Assembly (NCBI GenBank): GCA_963758635.1
Contig: CAVWWD010000007.1
Coordinates: forward strand, 338,946-402,945
Length of the DNA: 64,000 nucleotides
Origin: an uncultured Candidatus Rokubacteria bacterium
GTDB lineage: Bacteria; Methylomirabilota; Methylomirabilia; Rokubacteriales; CSP1-6
Reading direction: 5' to 3'
This document shows, one piece after another, positions 38,872 through 47,255 of this stretch; position 1 is the first letter of the stretch, and every line of letters starts with the position of its first letter. The position numbers and the translations under genes are program-made. The notes under the pieces were generated by a model. It worked only from the letters and a program-made list of their open reading frames with translations, ran no database searches and was not told the DNA's origin.

Positions 38872-40326
38872 TCATCCTGCCGTCCGCCGAATGCCGATGC
38901 GTCGAACGACCAACCGATAGGCGAGAGCGGCGATCCACACGGCTGCGACCAGAACCACGACCAAAATGATCAGCCGCGAAAAGGCGAAATCCACGAGTGC
39001 GCGCATGTCGGCCACCGTGCGGTGGGCCAGGTCGCTGACCTGGGGCGCGCCCGCGTTGAGCTGAACCATCAGCAATTCGAGCTGCCTCGCCGTCGCGGCA
39101 AATTCGCGCGCGGCGTTCGCGTAGTCGGCGATGTCGAACGGCTTGGCAGGTATGGCAGGCGCAGTGGACTCCTCCTTGGTCTTGTCGAACCGACCGAACA
39201 GCGAATCGATGCCGCGTAAAGTGCCCTGCAGCGAATCGAATGTCGCGGTTCCGGCTTCGAGTGCGCCTCTGAGCTCGCTGACCAGCGCCAACATCTGCTG
39301 CTGCCGCGCCACCATTTCCCGCATGAATTGACTGATCACGGCTTCACGCTCACGAGCCACCAGGTCTGGAAGTTGCCCAGCGACCCGCATGAATTGACTG
39401 ATCACGGCTTCACGCTCACGAGCCACCAGGTCCGGAAGTTGCCCAGCGACGTTGCCCACCGCCTCCGCTGCCAGGCTGACACGATCCACATCCTGCAGCG
39501 CGTCTCGTGTCTCAGGCATGCTAGCGATCTGATACGTGAGGCGTTCGACCTGCATGTCGAGCAGTCTGGGTGCACGTTGCAGGTAGTAGATCGTGCGCTC
39601 GGCGAGATTGCGCGTCTGGGCGATTTCCCGGACGGCCGGATCGAGGTTGCTCAACGGGTCGATGCCGACCAGCGAGAACAGGCTACCGCTCGATTTTGAC
39701 TCGCCAGGTCTCGGGCGACCGACCGCGCGGGCGAAGTCCCTGAAGTAAACGTACGCCACGGCGCGCACATGGGGATTCTTTAGGCGCCATTCCTCGATCA
39801 CCTGGCGCAACTGCTGAATCTGCCCTTCGGTCAGGACTTCGGACGCGAGCGCCCAGGCACCAGGTTCCAGATTGCGGTGCGCATCCCGGAGTGGCGCGGC
39901 GCGCTCGCCGTATTTCTCTTGAATCCACGAGTCCTCGATGACCATTCGACTCAAAGTGGCAAGCACCACCATGTCGAGCGCGTTGGTCACGGAGTTGGGG
40001 CCTGTGGCAATCGTATAGGCAGACGTCACCTGAGACAGTCTCCAATTCTGGGCGACCAGCCGCTCCGCAGCATCCTGCGTCTCCGTCTGAAAGCGTGTAA
40101 TCGGTCCGCTGATTCCTTCCGCATATTCGTCGGCAAAACGCATGACCTTGAGCTGTAGCTCCTGCAGCTTCGTGGCCTCGGCCTCGTCTTCTGCGCCAGT
40201 CAGCTTGCTGATCATCGCGCAGCCAGACAATCCCGTGACACTTGCCGCCAAGAGTAAGCTCGCGACCAGCACGGGCCTCAGACATCGCCGCGCAAGTATC
40301 GACACTAGCTTGGGCTCGCACTTCAT
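38872..40326 (-). CDS. hypothetical lipoprotein with coiled-coil-like body and a C-terminal TM anchor
   Basis: Starts at ATG 40326: MKCEPKLVSILARRCLRPVLVASLLLAASVTGLSGC (lipobox). The C-terminal helix is LIILVVVLVAAVWIAALAY. GC is lower. It contains a 22-aa exact tandem duplication. Confidence 0.6.
   Translation of the reverse strand: MKCEPKLVSILARRCLRPVLVASLLLAASVTGLSGCAMISKLTGAEDEAEATKLQELQLKVMRFADEYAEGISGPITRFQTETQDAAERLVAQNWRLSQVTSAYTIATGPNSVTNALDMVVLATLSRMVIEDSWIQEKYGERAAPLRDAHRNLEPGAWALASEVLTEGQIQQLRQVIEEWRLKNPHVRAVAYVYFRDFARAVGRPRPGESKSSGSLFSLVGIDPLSNLDPAVREIAQTRNLAERTIYYLQRAPRLLDMQVERLTYQIASMPETRDALQDVDRVSLAAEAVGNVAGQLPDLVAREREAVISQFMRVAGQLPDLVAREREAVISQFMREMVARQQQMLALVSELRGALEAGTATFDSLQGTLRGIDSLFGRFDKTKEESTAPAIPAKPFDIADYANAAREFAATARQLELLMVQLNAGAPQVSDLAHRTVADMRALVDFAFSRLIILVVVLVAAVWIAALAYRLVVRRIGIRRTAG
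39319..39450. repeat. tandem duplication, 2 x 66 bp (65/66 identical), in frame
   Basis: The unit is ccgcatgaattgactgatcacggcttcacgctcacgagccaccaggtc(t/c)ggaagttgcccagcgac. It encodes VAGQLPDLVAREREAVISQFMR twice. Confidence 0.9.
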
Positions 40327-40469
40327 CCGACTATCCATCCCCGGCTGAAATCGATCTCCCCGTGTGCTCTGCCGAGAGTTGTGCATCGCCTCTTGAACAG
40401 TCTGTCACGGAAATCATCTGCGCTGATCGCGATCTCAGCGGACAACGTCGGCGCCACGCTCGCGACGTT

Positions 40470-40615
40470 CACGCATGGCGGGGACCGCCCAGTCGAAACA
40501 AGACGCGAATTCCTACGACGTTGAACTGCTCGTCAACCTCAAATCGCGAAGACCCTCGGGCTGACGATCCCGCCGTCGCTCCTGGCGCGGGCGGATCAGG
40601 TGATCGAGTATGTGT
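40470..40615 (+). pseudogene. C-terminal remnant of an ABC_sub_bind (BMP-type) substrate-binding protein
   Basis: The reading is ...DRPVE...[11 protein letters not shown], then a frameshift, then [20 protein letters not shown]. This matches the stereotyped tail P-V-E-x-P-T-K-F/[30 protein letters not shown]. No N-terminal part is present. Confidence 0.6.
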
Positions 40616-40743
40616 CCGCCTATAGGACCCTTGGGTCCACTCCGAGCCACCCGCGCTCCCGTTCACGTAGCTACAGTATGGGATACCGGCACTACGATCA
40701 CTCCCGATATGCGGGCTGACCGAGATCAATTCCACCATTCCTC

Positions 40744-41787
40744 TTAGACTCCAGGCCAGAACGAGAAAAGTCGCTCGACGAACCAGAAGGCTGCCATCGT
40801 TCCGATGACGAAGGTCGCAGCCGGACGCATCAGCGCGCTCCAGTGGGCGGGAATCGGGAGACGCCGCACCAGCCCACGGAGCGTCAACATGGCCGCGATG
40901 AAGCCAAGCTGCCCGGCCTCGATGCCCACATTGAAGGCGAAGAGCGCGGGTGGAACATCGCCTTGGGGCAAGCCGATATCGGCCAGTGCGCTCGCAAAGC
41001 CGAAGCCGTGCAGGAGTCCGAACGCGAACGCCACAAGCCAGGGCCACTGCGCGGTGAGGCTGCGCTCGCCTCTGCGCTGCCGCGTCATCTCGCACGCGAG
41101 CAGGAGGATGCTCAGCGCGATGCTCGCCTCCACCGGTGGGCCCGGTACGTGCACGACACCCAGCGCCGACAAGCCCAGCGTGATCGAGTGCGCCAGCGTG
41201 AACGCGGTCACCGTCGTCACCAGCTTCCGCACGTTCCGCACGATCAGGATGAGCGCGAACACGAACAGCAGATGGTCATATCCGAGCAGGATGTGCTCGA
41301 CGCCGTGCAGGACATAGGCACTCGCCACGGCGATGGCTCCGCGCGCGGTTGGAATCACGATCCACGGCTGCGACGGATGGACGAGCGTCGTGGAATGCGC
41401 GCCATCGCGTGTTTCGACGCGCACGAGCACGTCAGTGATGGTGCCTTGCAAGCCGACGAACTCCATGCGCTTGCCGCCCAAACCGCCGGGCACGGCGATC
41501 AACCTGCGTTCGACGACCGAATCGGACAGCTCGTACAAGCCCGGGTTGGTGACGTTGGTGGCGCCATCGGGTAGCTGCAGCACCACGGGCAGCCGCATGC
41601 CGGAGACCACCGGCGTTCGCCACACGACGTCGAAGCGGTCGGGCGCCGTCTCGGTCAGCGCGAGATACGCCGGACGCGCTTCGTGAGCGTTCGCATGAAG
41701 GGCGTCCGCGAGCAGCATCAGGATCACCAGCGCCACCAGCGACAGCATCGCTTCGAGTGCGCGAACGGGACGCGATCGAGCGTTCAT
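40744..41787 (-). CDS. HupE/UreJ-family membrane protein with an N-terminal periplasmic domain
   Basis: Starts at ATG 41787 (MNARSRPVRALEAMLSLVALVILML). It carries HGVEHILLGYDHLLFVFALILIV and ...GLLHGFGFASAL. The start overlaps the upstream stop (ATGA). Confidence 0.8.
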   Translation of the reverse strand: MNARSRPVRALEAMLSLVALVILMLLADALHANAHEARPAYLALTETAPDRFDVVWRTPVVSGMRLPVVLQLPDGATNVTNPGLYELSDSVVERRLIAVPGGLGGKRMEFVGLQGTITDVLVRVETRDGAHSTTLVHPSQPWIVIPTARGAIAVASAYVLHGVEHILLGYDHLLFVFALILIVRNVRKLVTTVTAFTLAHSITLGLSALGVVHVPGPPVEASIALSILLLACEMTRQRRGERSLTAQWPWLVAFAFGLLHGFGFASALADIGLPQGDVPPALFAFNVGIEAGQLGFIAAMLTLRGLVRRLPIPAHWSALMRPAATFVIGTMAAFWFVERLFSFWPGV

Positions 41788-42692
41788 GGCCTCGCAGGAG
41801 GAGCCGGCGCGGAGGTCTCGTTGTGCGCGCGGGACAGCGGCGGCAACCGCACCTCGTAGCGCGCCTTCATCACGTCGAAGGCGCGACGCCGCGCTTCCGA
41901 CCTTTGATCCTCCATCCACGCCGCCTGGACCTCGGCCACGATCTCGTCGAAGGCTGGAACGCGACCGGGCGTCGCGGACGTGACGAGCACCAGATGCCAA
42001 CCGAGGCCCGACTCGATCGGCCCTTGCCACGTGCCGACCGGCAGCTGGCGCACGGCCCCGGCGAAGCGACTGCCGAAGATGGCTGCCACCTGCTCCGCCG
42101 TGCGATCGGCGTAGTGGTCCTGGAACATGAACGCGTCGCCGATGGCCGAGAGCGAGGGTGCATCGGCGGGCGTACCGCCGAGCCTGACAAGCGCACGCGT
42201 GGCGTCCTGCTGCGCACGATCGCCACGGCGGTCCGGGGAAAAGTACAGGTGTCGGAAGGAACGGCGACCAGGGTCCGCGAACCGCGTGGAATTGCGCGAA
42301 TACCAGGCGCGGAGCTCCTCGACCGAAGGATTGCGCACGGCCGAAAGGTCGTCGGCCAGGAACGCCATCTTCTGCGCCAACCGGCGCTTGATGATCGTGT
42401 CGCCGCGCTCGAGGCCGAGCGCGAGCGCCTCGCGGTAGAGGATCTCCTCGCGGACCCGGCTCTCCACGAGTCCTTGCAGCTCATCCTGCGTCGGCGCCCG
42501 ATGCCACTGCGCCGTCCACACGATCTCGAGTTGCCGCACGTCGGCGGCGGTCAGCTCGATGCGGTTGCCCTCGACCTTGGCCGGCCGCTCGGGATGGACG
42601 AGCCGGTAGCCCGCGAACAGCAACGCGCCAACCACGATGAATTGCAACAGCGGCTCGCCCAGCGCGCGCCTCAGCACGGACATCGCGCGCAC
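41784..42692 (-). CDS. parvulin/PpiC-type peptidyl-prolyl isomerase-like periplasmic protein
   Basis: 302 aa with an N-terminal anchor (LLQFIVVGALLFAGY). It carries ...SFRHLYFSPD... and ...WQGPIESGLGWHLVLV. Confidence 0.6.
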   Translation of the reverse strand: MRAMSVLRRALGEPLLQFIVVGALLFAGYRLVHPERPAKVEGNRIELTAADVRQLEIVWTAQWHRAPTQDELQGLVESRVREEILYREALALGLERGDTIIKRRLAQKMAFLADDLSAVRNPSVEELRAWYSRNSTRFADPGRRSFRHLYFSPDRRGDRAQQDATRALVRLGGTPADAPSLSAIGDAFMFQDHYADRTAEQVAAIFGSRFAGAVRQLPVGTWQGPIESGLGWHLVLVTSATPGRVPAFDEIVAEVQAAWMEDQRSEARRRAFDVMKARYEVRLPPLSRAHNETSAPAPPARP

Positions 42693-44969
42693 TCATTCAA
42701 CGTCGTAGTTGGCGTACCCGAACTCGTTACTGCGGGCCGCGACGTACTTGTCGCCCACCTTGTAGAGAGTCACCTCGAACGGTGCGCCCGCGATCGTCGT
42801 CACGATCTTGCCACCGCGGATCTCGTACTGCGCCGGCGACCCGAGCTCGCCGCTGTGTAGCACATCGCCGATCTGACCGGCGCGCGGCTGCTTGCCGTCG
42901 ACACTGAGGATAAGGCGCCGCCCGTCGGATCCGTAGAGGATCTCGAAGCGCTGCCCCGTCACCGTGTTCCGGATCTTGAACGTCTTTCCGACGATCAATT
43001 GCTTCAATTGCGCGTCATCGAGCGCGGCGGCGCCCTGTTGCTTCAACTCGGCAACCGTCGTCCCAGGCTTCGCGGCTTTGCGCGCTTCGTCGCTGGGCGA
43101 ATACCAGATCGGAGACGTCCAAGCACGATCCTGAACCGCCGCTGGAACGTTGGCCGGCGGCGGGACACCGAGCTTTTTCGCGTCGTACGTCGTCCAGCGC
43201 GGCGTCGGAATCTGCAGAACCCGGGCATAGTAGAACGCGAACTGGCTCGGATCGAACTCGGGGTCGGTCCAGACTGTCTTCAACTCAACGGCGCCGATCG
43301 TGTTCGAATACGTCGCGTTCTTGATATCTACCGTGTTGGCCACCGGCGGCAGCTCGGCCTCGCCGCGCCGAACTCGGGTGTCGGATATTCTGGCGCCGCC
43401 CTTGACCGCGCGATTGCCGGACCAGGCGACGTTGTAGATCTTCTCGAAAATCTGGCCGTTGCGGGTCCATCCCTTGACGATCTGAATCCGGTCGAGATTC
43501 GCGTCGTCGGGGTCCTTGACGGCCTGTACGATGAACGTCGGCGCCTTCGATTTAGCCGCCGGCAGATCGCCGCCCATCGGAACGCCGTTCGCGTACCCGG
43601 TCCTGACCCAATCCTTGCGTTGCAGGACGCCGGGCGCGAAGTCCCAGCCGCCGAAGAAGCGCACTTTGATGCGCACGCCGCTGGTCGCGAATGTCTCCTT
43701 GCGCTGCATGGCGGCGAAGATGGCCTCGCGTGTGTTCTCCTCGGCCCACACTCCGCCCAATCCGGACGTGGCAAACCTGTCCGACGCCATACCGGCATGC
43801 TTCTCGCCGCTGAGTCGGCCTTGCGGCGTGGCATCGAGCAGGGCGTGCCCGCCGAAGAAGTTCGATTGCGTATACGCCATCGCGGTGGCGTGCGTGTCGC
43901 TCGCGCCCACGAGGCCGAACCTGTACGGGTTGTAGCCGCGCGCGTCCTGCATCGCCAGCCCGTTCTGGTACGCCTCGCGAATGTAGCTGCCATGCAGCCG
44001 GGGCGCACGGTCGATGCCGCCCAGCAGATATTCCAGGATCTCGTGCCGGGCGAACTCGTCGTTGGGCGACAGCGCCGGATGCGTTTCCGATGCGCCCTTG
44101 AGCTGCTGCATCTCGGACAGCGGCTCGTTGTTCACCCGGGATTGCGCCCACGCGGCATCGATCGGCCGGCCCTTGCCGTCGACTTCCAGCGGAAACATCA
44201 CGCCATCGGAGAGGTTCGCGTTATGCGAAATAGCGAGCAGCTCGTTCCCGGCCTTGCGCTGGGCATCCATCCAGGACCACAGATCCTCCGGGTGCGTGGA
44301 GTCGATCGCGGTAAACGGCACTGTCGGAATCTTCTTCGAATCCTTGAAGATCACGTTGCGGTGCAGGTTGCGATTGTCGGGCGTCGAACTCCATTCGTAC
44401 GCAGCGAAGGTGGTGAACTTTCCGGGTTTGTAGAACTTGTCGGCAATGTCGGCGACCCGCCTCCAGACAGAGCCTGCGACCTCGGGGTTTACGAGCTCCT
44501 TGATCGGTTCGTTCTTGAGGATGGTAGTGGCGAGGAAGAGATAGACCTTCTGGATATCGTCCTTGCTCTTGACGGTCAGCTGTCGTGCGATCGGCAGCTT
44601 GCTCAAGTCCGACTGTGGATCGTTGGCGAGACGGACGGTGCCCATGTATTCCGAGTGATCCGTGACGGCCGCGAAATCGAGCGGACGCTTCAGCTGCACC
44701 ATGTAGCCCGCGGGATGGCGGATCGGCTTGCCCAAGGCGAACTGGTACGCGTCCTCGGGACCGGTCAGCGTGTTCCCGAAGACGTACGCATCGAACGACC
44801 AGCTCGTATGGATGTGTGTCTCGCCGAAGAACACGTCGCGTAGCGGGTTCCCTTGCGCGCAGGCCAGCATCGGCGAAGCACATACGCTCGCTCCTACCAA
44901 TGCAATGACGAGTCGTCGCAGCGCGACACGATGTGCGCCGCCGGCAGCCGAAAGGTTCCTGTCGATCAT
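42693..44969 (-). CDS. DUF3604-family exported protein (PHP-like metal-dependent hydrolase fold predicted)
   Basis: Starts at ATG 44969. It has a signal peptide, then RDVFFGETHIHTSWSFDAYVFG...AAVTDHSEYMG...AISHNANLSDG...GASDTHA. The 758-aa gene is intact. Confidence 0.7.
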   Translation of the reverse strand: MIDRNLSAAGGAHRVALRRLVIALVGASVCASPMLACAQGNPLRDVFFGETHIHTSWSFDAYVFGNTLTGPEDAYQFALGKPIRHPAGYMVQLKRPLDFAAVTDHSEYMGTVRLANDPQSDLSKLPIARQLTVKSKDDIQKVYLFLATTILKNEPIKELVNPEVAGSVWRRVADIADKFYKPGKFTTFAAYEWSSTPDNRNLHRNVIFKDSKKIPTVPFTAIDSTHPEDLWSWMDAQRKAGNELLAISHNANLSDGVMFPLEVDGKGRPIDAAWAQSRVNNEPLSEMQQLKGASETHPALSPNDEFARHEILEYLLGGIDRAPRLHGSYIREAYQNGLAMQDARGYNPYRFGLVGASDTHATAMAYTQSNFFGGHALLDATPQGRLSGEKHAGMASDRFATSGLGGVWAEENTREAIFAAMQRKETFATSGVRIKVRFFGGWDFAPGVLQRKDWVRTGYANGVPMGGDLPAAKSKAPTFIVQAVKDPDDANLDRIQIVKGWTRNGQIFEKIYNVAWSGNRAVKGGARISDTRVRRGEAELPPVANTVDIKNATYSNTIGAVELKTVWTDPEFDPSQFAFYYARVLQIPTPRWTTYDAKKLGVPPPANVPAAVQDRAWTSPIWYSPSDEARKAAKPGTTVAELKQQGAAALDDAQLKQLIVGKTFKIRNTVTGQRFEILYGSDGRRLILSVDGKQPRAGQIGDVLHSGELGSPAQYEIRGGKIVTTIAGAPFEVTLYKVGDKYVAARSNEFGYANYDVE

Positions 44970-45074
44970 CCTTGCCCTCCACTTGAAGAACACCGGCGAC
45001 ACTGCTGCAGGCCGCGCATGCGATCTACGAGACGATGACGCGGGGCCAAGGGCCCGTTCCCGCCCGGACATGGA

Positions 45075-45240
45075 CGGCAAGATCGTCTACAATATCCCGC
45101 CGGCCGTCAAGGCCTCGATCGACGAGATCGTGAAGACGTTCGTGGAGACGCTGATCCTCATGCTTCTCCACGCTGTCGCGCGCGCGGTGCGTTCGTGTCG
45201 CTCCGGCAGACCGACCGTGGTGCCGAGTCGAGATCGAGCA
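45075..45240 (+). pseudogene. internal fragment of an RND (AcrB-type) efflux pump
   Basis: KIVYNIPPAVKASIDEIVKTFVETLILMLL...RSGRPTVVPS matches the AcrB region ..SI.EV.KTL.EA..LV.LV...FL...RATLIP. Only about 55 aa are present and it is isolated in an intergenic gap. Confidence 0.5.
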
Positions 45241-45262
45241 GTGCGACATCGGGCTCGCGCGC

Positions 45263-46489
45263 TCAGGCGTTCGTGTCGGCCTCGTCGGGCATCCGCCCGA
45301 CTAAGGCTACCCCCAGGCAGAACAGCAGGATGCTCGTCACGATCAGGGAGAAGATCGCCGGAGGGAACTCGGGACCGGCGATGCCGTAGTGCACGGGGAG
45401 TGCCGAGAGGACCCCTGCCGCCAGCCCGCGTGGAACCGCGACAGTCAGAAGCCAGGATTGCTTTCTCGATAGACCCAGGCCGAGCGTCGCCAGCCCGACA
45501 GCAGGGATGCGTGCCGCCACCAGGAGCAGCGCAGGGACGGCGCCGAGCAGAATCAGTCGGGGTGAGGTCGGGAACATCAGGCCGATCAGCACGAAGAAGA
45601 ACGACTTGATGAAGAAGCTCATCTGGTCCTGCATGGTGCGAGCGCTCTGGTCGTTCACGAACGCCTGCGCGTCTGCACCGGGGATGAGCCGAGGCACGAG
45701 CGATGAGGCGTTGCCTAGCAGGAGCGCGGAGGTGAGCACGGCCATGGCTCCACTGCCATTGAGGTGGGAGGTCACCCCGTACACGAGCAGCATGGCGGCG
45801 AGGAAGGCGGTGTAGGCATGCGGATTGTTCCGGAGAGCCGGCACCACGGGAAGCAACGCCGCCGCCCCGAGCGCGCCCACGCCTACGCCGACCCCGAGCT
45901 CTCTTGCCAGCGCAAGCAGTGGTCGCGATAGGGAGACGCCCCCGGTGACGAGCAGGTCGACCAACACCATGGTCAACACGACCGACAGAGCATCGGTGGA
46001 GGCGGACTCGACCTCGAGCAGCCTGGCCACCCGTGGGTTGACCTTCCCGCCCGCGGTGGTGGGCATGATGATCAGGGAGCAGACTCCGCCAACGATCGTC
46101 CCAGCGATCAGCCACGCCAGCAACGGAGCAGGCCTCACAAACCCCATCGCGGTGACCAGCCAGAGCCACAGGCAGACGGCGGTGACGGAGAAGCCGAATC
46201 CCGCCAGGCCCAGGAGCAGCCCTCGTGGTCCGGCGGCGGCCACGTCCGCCAGCCGCAACCGCGAGGCGCCGCCGGAGAGGATAATGGTCAGCGCGACGGC
46301 GCCGAACAGCGGCACGGCCGGCTGGAGGAGAGTCGGGGAGACGAACTCGAACACGGGCCCGGCCAGGACTCCGGCACTCACCAGCCAGAGAACGTCCGGA
46401 ATGCCCGTACGCGAGAAGACGAACTCCCCCATCGCCCCCAGCAGCAGGACGACCGCCACGATCTCCAACACCTGGGCGATTGAGTCCAT
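45263..46489 (-). CDS. cation:proton antiporter (Na+/H+ exchanger family)
   Basis: Starts at ATG 46489 (MDSIAQVLEIVAVVLLLGAMGEFVFSRTGIPDVLWLVSAGVLAGP). It has about 11-12 TM segments and is intact. Confidence 0.75.
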   Translation of the reverse strand: MDSIAQVLEIVAVVLLLGAMGEFVFSRTGIPDVLWLVSAGVLAGPVFEFVSPTLLQPAVPLFGAVALTIILSGGASRLRLADVAAAGPRGLLLGLAGFGFSVTAVCLWLWLVTAMGFVRPAPLLAWLIAGTIVGGVCSLIIMPTTAGGKVNPRVARLLEVESASTDALSVVLTMVLVDLLVTGGVSLSRPLLALARELGVGVGVGALGAAALLPVVPALRNNPHAYTAFLAAMLLVYGVTSHLNGSGAMAVLTSALLLGNASSLVPRLIPGADAQAFVNDQSARTMQDQMSFFIKSFFFVLIGLMFPTSPRLILLGAVPALLLVAARIPAVGLATLGLGLSRKQSWLLTVAVPRGLAAGVLSALPVHYGIAGPEFPPAIFSLIVTSILLFCLGVALVGRMPDEADTNA

Positions 46490-46589
46490 TGCCCCCTCAA
46501 TCGAGCTGGTTTCCCGGCACAAGGGTTGCGGATTCACGGGGCTGCACCCGCATCATGGTCGTGAAGCCGGCTCCGTTGTCAATGGACGC

Positions 46590-47255
46590 GGTAGCGAAAC
46601 CAGGCCCGAGGCTTCCTTGCGTGAGACGGCCGAGGACGAGTTCGCGGCGCGTGACCTCGCGGCGTACGCCGTGTTCCTGCGCCAGACGCCGTGGTACGCG
46701 TATCCGTTCGGCCCGCGCGTGGCGGCGTTCTGGCGCGAGACGCCCTGGCGCGGCGGGGACCTGCTCCGGAAGCTGGAGCGGCGCGTCGTGTTCACCCTGG
46801 AGTACGGGACGAAGGCGATCTACGGCTGGCTGATCGGCCAGGCCTCGGCGAGCGCGCTGGGGCTGGCGGACCAGGAGATCCGGACGGTGGTCGTCGGGCT
46901 CCAGGCGTCCGACGTCGCGCGCGACCCGCGGATCAAGGTGGTGCGCGAGCTCGGGGCGGGGAGGACCCTCGTCGTGACGCCGCGGTACCGGGCCTACACG
47001 GAGGTGGTGGTCGGCCTCGCCCGGCGCGGCAGGGATCTCGCGGAGATCGCGGGGAACCGGCGCATTCTCATGACCGTCCAGACGCCGTCGGCTCTCCCGG
47101 CAGTGCCGGGCGCGCAAGAGATGTTCGCCGTGCCCATGCAGTCCGGGGCCAGGCATCGTCGCGTCGGCCTCGACGTGCCCGTGGCAGACCTCGCCTCGGC
47201 GATCCGCAGCCTGGAGGCCGCCAAGGTGACCGTGGAGCACCTCTATGACTACTGA
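46590..47255 (+). CDS. hypothetical protein (5' end uncertain, probable frame disruption near 46615)
   Basis: The tail of ORF 45825..47255 (ETAEDEFAARDLAAYAVFLRQTPWYAYPFGPRVAAFW...VEHLYDY) looks like coding sequence. The only nearby ATGs (46556, 46590) are in a different frame. Confidence 0.4.
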   Translation, partial: GSETRPEASLRETAEDEFAARDLAAYAVFLRQTPWYAYPFGPRVAAFWRETPWRGGDLLRKLERRVVFTLEYGTKAIYGWLIGQASASALGLADQEIRTVVVGLQASDVARDPRIKVVRELGAGRTLVVTPRYRAYTEVVVGLARRGRDLAEIAGNRRILMTVQTPSALPAVPGAQEMFAVPMQSGARHRRVGLDVPVADLASAIRSLEAAKVTVEHLYDY

